64,000 nt of DNA, taken from Candidatus Latescibacterota bacterium (GTDB lineage: Bacteria > Latescibacterota > UBA2968 > UBA8231). This document shows, one piece after another, positions 60,557 through 64,000 of the stretch. Made by a program: the position numbers and the translations under genes. Position 1 is the stretch's first letter. Each line of letters opens with the position of its first letter. Below the pieces are notes generated by a model. It saw only the letters and a program-made list of their open reading frames with translations. It was not told where the DNA came from and made no database searches. The stretch covers positions 960,001 through 1,024,000 of the forward strand of contig CBDCDC010000001.1 of the NCBI GenBank assembly GCA_965215195.1, in the 5' to 3' direction.

Positions 60557-62488
60557 ATGAAGCACGTAGCGGTATGGTTTGGATTGTGGCTGTTCATTAG
60601 CGGTCCTCTCGACGCACTGACGATCTACCGGCTCGGGGGCAGCGATTTGCCGATCCCGGAGTTAGCGGCGATTGAGGGGGTAGAGTTCGTGCAGCTAGCG
60701 TGGGCTGACATTGACGAAGATCGGCACGGCCAGACCAACCTAATCGAAGTAGCCCCCAACTACATCGCGCCGCGTCAACTTGACCCGGCGGTCAACCTGA
60801 CGCCGCTTTTGCCCCAGCCTGACTTCCTCGGCGATATTCTCTACCTGACTTGGATCGGCTGGGGTGGTCCCGATGTCGATGACTGGTTTATTTGGGACGA
60901 GGATCCCAATACGGCCTATCTGGGCGATGGCCACTTCGCCCAGCATGGCCCCAGACACAAAAGTCTAATTTTCGACCTCGGCGGTCTGTTTTTTCTCGAG
61001 CGAATCAAGTTCTACCCCCGTGAAAGACACCTCCACGACCGCTTTGTGGAAAGCTTCACTATCGGCACCAGCGACGGCGATCCGCTCAAAGATCCCTATC
61101 GAGAATTGCAGGCCGGCGTGGGGGGGTTCGGCAGGGGGTCTGTCTTCGCCTTTGACGTGCTCTACGATATCAGGGAAAATACCGATCCCATCATTGAGCT
61201 AGAACTGCCCGCGGAACCCGTGCAGAAGGTGCTCTTCCGGGCACCGGAGAACACGCGGGGCATATGGGAGTTGGCCGAACTCGAACTCTACGGCGCTGGT
61301 TTTGCCCCCTTTGCCGGCTATCGGAGCAATGTCATTGATATGGGCCGGGCGGTGTCTCTGGGCGAACTGAACTGGTCGGGTGCGGTTGAGCCGGGTGCCC
61401 GCGTCGCCTTAACTACGCGCAGCGGCGACACGCCTACGCCCAATATCTACTGGCGCTTTACTTTTCGCGGCGATGAGCAGAGCCGCTTCGACACTCAGGG
61501 TCGGGCATTGACGCACAAAGCCTATAACAAGCTCAACAAGGGCGAGCGGGCCGGGATCACGCCCGATACCCAGCACTGGGAAGCTTGGAGCCAAGCATAC
61601 GATTTTGCGACTAGCGCGGGGGCGATGCAGGCGGACCAGCCCCGGCGCTACGTGCAACTGCGTGCCGATTTTGAATCGCTCAAGGAGGCGGGTGGGCGGC
61701 TGGACTATGTACAGTTCGGCGTTTCGGACCCGCCGGTGGCCACCCAAGCGCTGGCTGAGATCGCCCCGGCGCTGGTTAAAGCGGGTGAGGTATCTTCCTT
61801 TACCTATGCGATATTGCCCCGGTTTGAAGAGGACGATCTGGGGTTTGACACCATTGAGATTGAGACGCCTGTGCAGGTGACGAATGTTGACGCAGCGCGC
61901 ATTAGCGGGATGGAGGTCGGCTTTGACGTCCTGCGCTCGGACGCAAAGGGCTTTGCGTTGCGCATCCCGCGCATGGATTTGCAGCGCACCGAAGAGCTGG
62001 TTGAGGTGGACTTTCAGGTAAAAGTGTTCAAGTTCGGCACGATGTTCGCCGGCCGAGTGTCGGATAGCGAAAGACCCTTTGAAGTGCGGCAGAGGCTCAC
62101 TGCGGGCGATGCCGACCCATTGGTCGAGAGCAATGCGCTGAGCGTGGGTTTGGTTGAGTTGCAACGCAAGGCGGCCAACGCGCTTGAGCTAGCCTCGCCA
62201 GTGTTCACGCCCAATGGCGACGGAGTCAACGACGAATTGCAGATAGAATATGAACTGTTGAATCTCTTGGGAGCGGTGCCAATCGCGCTGGATCTGTACG
62301 ATTTGTCGGGCCATCGTTTGGGGGAAGTGTATCGCGGCGCGGCGCAGAGCGGCCGATTTCACTTGGAGTGGGGTGGGGTGTTAGCGAGTGGGGAGCGGGT
62401 AGTGCCGGGGTGCTACCTACTGCGCCTAAAGGTGACCAGCGACCAAGGCGGAGAAATCCTCCAGCGCGTCATCGCACTGGCTTATTAG
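60557..62488 (+). CDS. Array protein A4
   Basis: Start refined to ATG 60557 (MKHVAVWF); LTIYRLGG, FTPNGDGVND, ends ALAY. Confidence 0.85.
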   Translation: MKHVAVWFGLWLFISGPLDALTIYRLGGSDLPIPELAAIEGVEFVQLAWADIDEDRHGQTNLIEVAPNYIAPRQLDPAVNLTPLLPQPDFLGDILYLTWIGWGGPDVDDWFIWDEDPNTAYLGDGHFAQHGPRHKSLIFDLGGLFFLERIKFYPRERHLHDRFVESFTIGTSDGDPLKDPYRELQAGVGGFGRGSVFAFDVLYDIRENTDPIIELELPAEPVQKVLFRAPENTRGIWELAELELYGAGFAPFAGYRSNVIDMGRAVSLGELNWSGAVEPGARVALTTRSGDTPTPNIYWRFTFRGDEQSRFDTQGRALTHKAYNKLNKGERAGITPDTQHWEAWSQAYDFATSAGAMQADQPRRYVQLRADFESLKEAGGRLDYVQFGVSDPPVATQALAEIAPALVKAGEVSSFTYAILPRFEEDDLGFDTIEIETPVQVTNVDAARISGMEVGFDVLRSDAKGFALRIPRMDLQRTEELVEVDFQVKVFKFGTMFAGRVSDSERPFEVRQRLTAGDADPLVESNALSVGLVELQRKAANALELASPVFTPNGDGVNDELQIEYELLNLLGAVPIALDLYDLSGHRLGEVYRGAAQSGRFHLEWGGVLASGERVVPGCYLLRLKVTSDQGGEILQRVIALAY

Positions 62489-62501
62489 AGGGCGAGATAC
62501 G

Positions 62502-64000
62502 ATGAAGACCATTTGGACTTTTGCCTGCGCCTTGCTGCTGGGCACGATGTGCGCCGAGGCTCAGGGAGTGGGTCATCGCGTCACCGCTGACCAAGTCGTA
62601 GTCAATAGTCAGCAGCACTGGCAGAACTGGTCCTTCGGGTCGGGCACTCTAGACATCGGACCCAGCGGCGAAGTCCGGCCACGGCGGCTGCACAAGAATA
62701 TCAATGCCGTGGAGAATGCCCTCGAATTCCTGCGCCTGAATCCTCCCAATTACATTAAAAAAGATGCGGCAGATATCGAACTCAGCGACGGAATCCGCGC
62801 CGGCTCCAATGCTCCGGGCGTACTGGCCCTCTTTGACGGCGATATGGAGACCTATTGGGAACCCGACGTACTCAACCGAGGTATCGACTTGGCGACGCAG
62901 TGGTGGTTTATCGTCGATCTGGGCCGCTTCGTCATGGCCCGCAAGATCGTGCTCAAATTTGTCGATGAAGCACTGGGCGACCCCTTCCTGCAGTTTGATG
63001 TACTAGTCTCGGAAGGCCGCCAGCCCAAAGGCAACAGCCGTTCGCAAACGCCTGAATTTAGCCGGGTGGCGCGCACCTTGGTGCCCAACAAGCAACAGCG
63101 GCTCTTTGAGATCGAACTGGAATCCGCAGAAGAGTTTGCGGGCATGGGCCTGCGCTTCGTTCAGGTGATCGTGACCGGCAGCGACTTTGCCCAAGGTCGG
63201 GAGATCAGCCGCGACGAGTACGAGGCCCTGCCAGAAGCAGACCGGGGAGCGATTCTCTACCACAAGCGGCTGCCAAACGGCAATGAGGCCGCGGTCAAAA
63301 AGGAGGTCTATGACCAACTCGAAGCATCGCGGCAAGGCCCCGTGCGCTATTTCGTGCGCGAAAGGCCGCGCCTAGCCGAACTGGAAGTGTGGGCCGAGGG
63401 CGACGAAATCCTGATAAATACGGTTGAGCGCGGGGGCGTAGTCACCTCGACCCAGTCCTTGGCGCTGGCGAGCCTGTTCGATGGCGATGTACTCAGTTTC
63501 AGCGAGGTGATTTTTATCTTCTCTCCTGGGCAATTAAAGGAACCAGAGGGCGAGGTGTTTTTCGATATGGGGGCCTCGTTCTGGATCGACGCTTTCCGCA
63601 TGGCCTTGGGAGCGCGCCAGCGAAATTTCGAGGGTTATAGACTGGATTTCTCCAATGGTGAGCGCGAGGCAGACGGTAGCCTCAAGTGGACTCCCGCGGC
63701 CGCGGTGAGTGGTGCGGAAGTCCTCGGTCGCAGCGTGATTGGCACCCGAAGCGTAATGGGCAACAACTTTAGCCCCCTAAGGGCACGTTTTTTTCGCTTC
63801 GTGTGGAATCAGATTGTGCGCGGGGTAGGCAATAGCGGTGCGGCCATTCTGGCCGATCCGTCCGAGTTGCAACTCTACGGGGAAGGGTTTATGTCGGAAG
63901 TAAGCCTGACTTCGGATCTGGTGCGGCTGGGCGGCAGACGCAACTTGGTCTCAATCGAATGGGACGCGGATGTGCCGCCGGGCACGAGTGTGCTGGTGCA
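62502..64000 (+). CDS. Array protein B3 (3' partial, runs off the window; absent from the ORF track)
   Basis: Read by hand: MKTIWTFACALLLG..QVVVNSQQHWQNWSF, FDGDMETYWEP, WWFIVDLGR, PRLAELEVWAEGDE, PSELQLYG. Confidence 0.85.
   Translation, partial: MKTIWTFACALLLGTMCAEAQGVGHRVTADQVVVNSQQHWQNWSFGSGTLDIGPSGEVRPRRLHKNINAVENALEFLRLNPPNYIKKDAADIELSDGIRAGSNAPGVLALFDGDMETYWEPDVLNRGIDLATQWWFIVDLGRFVMARKIVLKFVDEALGDPFLQFDVLVSEGRQPKGNSRSQTPEFSRVARTLVPNKQQRLFEIELESAEEFAGMGLRFVQVIVTGSDFAQGREISRDEYEALPEADRGAILYHKRLPNGNEAAVKKEVYDQLEASRQGPVRYFVRERPRLAELEVWAEGDEILINTVERGGVVTSTQSLALASLFDGDVLSFSEVIFIFSPGQLKEPEGEVFFDMGASFWIDAFRMALGARQRNFEGYRLDFSNGEREADGSLKWTPAAAVSGAEVLGRSVIGTRSVMGNNFSPLRARFFRFVWNQIVRGVGNSGAAILADPSELQLYGEGFMSEVSLTSDLVRLGGRRNLVSIEWDADVPPGTSVLV

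Noticed and set aside
38479-62488. Flagellar hook-cap (flgD) genes
   Set aside because: Only the C-terminal Ig-like domain resembles FlgD; the proteins have Sec signal peptides and no flagellar genes are nearby.
49468-64000. Diversity-generating retroelement or invertase shufflon driving array variation
   Set aside because: No reverse transcriptase or recombinase is seen, differences between copies look largely synonymous rather than adenine-specific, and all copies are intact and co-oriented.

Overview
GC-rich bacterial genomic window. The gene content (FlgD-Ig/'TPNGDGxND'-tailed secreted proteins, an 'SWGxIK' C-terminal tail, sulfatase, ASPIC/UnbV protein) suggests an uncultured FCB-group lineage such as Latescibacterota; this is inference only. 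The first ~38 kb is housekeeping and catabolic DNA: clpX-engB-serA-purA-prpB-prpC, xylA, sucA-sucB-lpdA, pyrE, a sulfatase, aldolases and a MATE transporter. It is interrupted by small lower-GC islets that look like conflict systems: a decayed hicBA, a PD-(D/E)xK-like nuclease plus helical partner, an ABC ATPase whose DUF4276 partner is truncated and followed by a two-gene HEPN module, an ART-like ORF, and an HsdR_N protein with an M.HindIII-like methyltransferase. A ~150-bp MITE/REP family occurs in several copies. From 38.5 kb to the window end is a co-oriented, >25-kb surface-protein locus. It holds two paralogous ~950-aa signal-peptide proteins with beta-barrel-like C-termini, a His-motif membrane/TPR protein, a CBM9/DOMON-like protein, and eight paralogous secreted discoidin-like/Ig/FlgD-Ig proteins (one upstream copy, then the order A-A-B-B-A-A-B). 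These share a conserved scaffold with hypervariable loops, and all seven complete copies end in Tyr. This locus is the best candidate for an undescribed system. No rRNA, tRNA or CRISPR array was recognised. All family assignments come from motif recognition by eye, not from searches.
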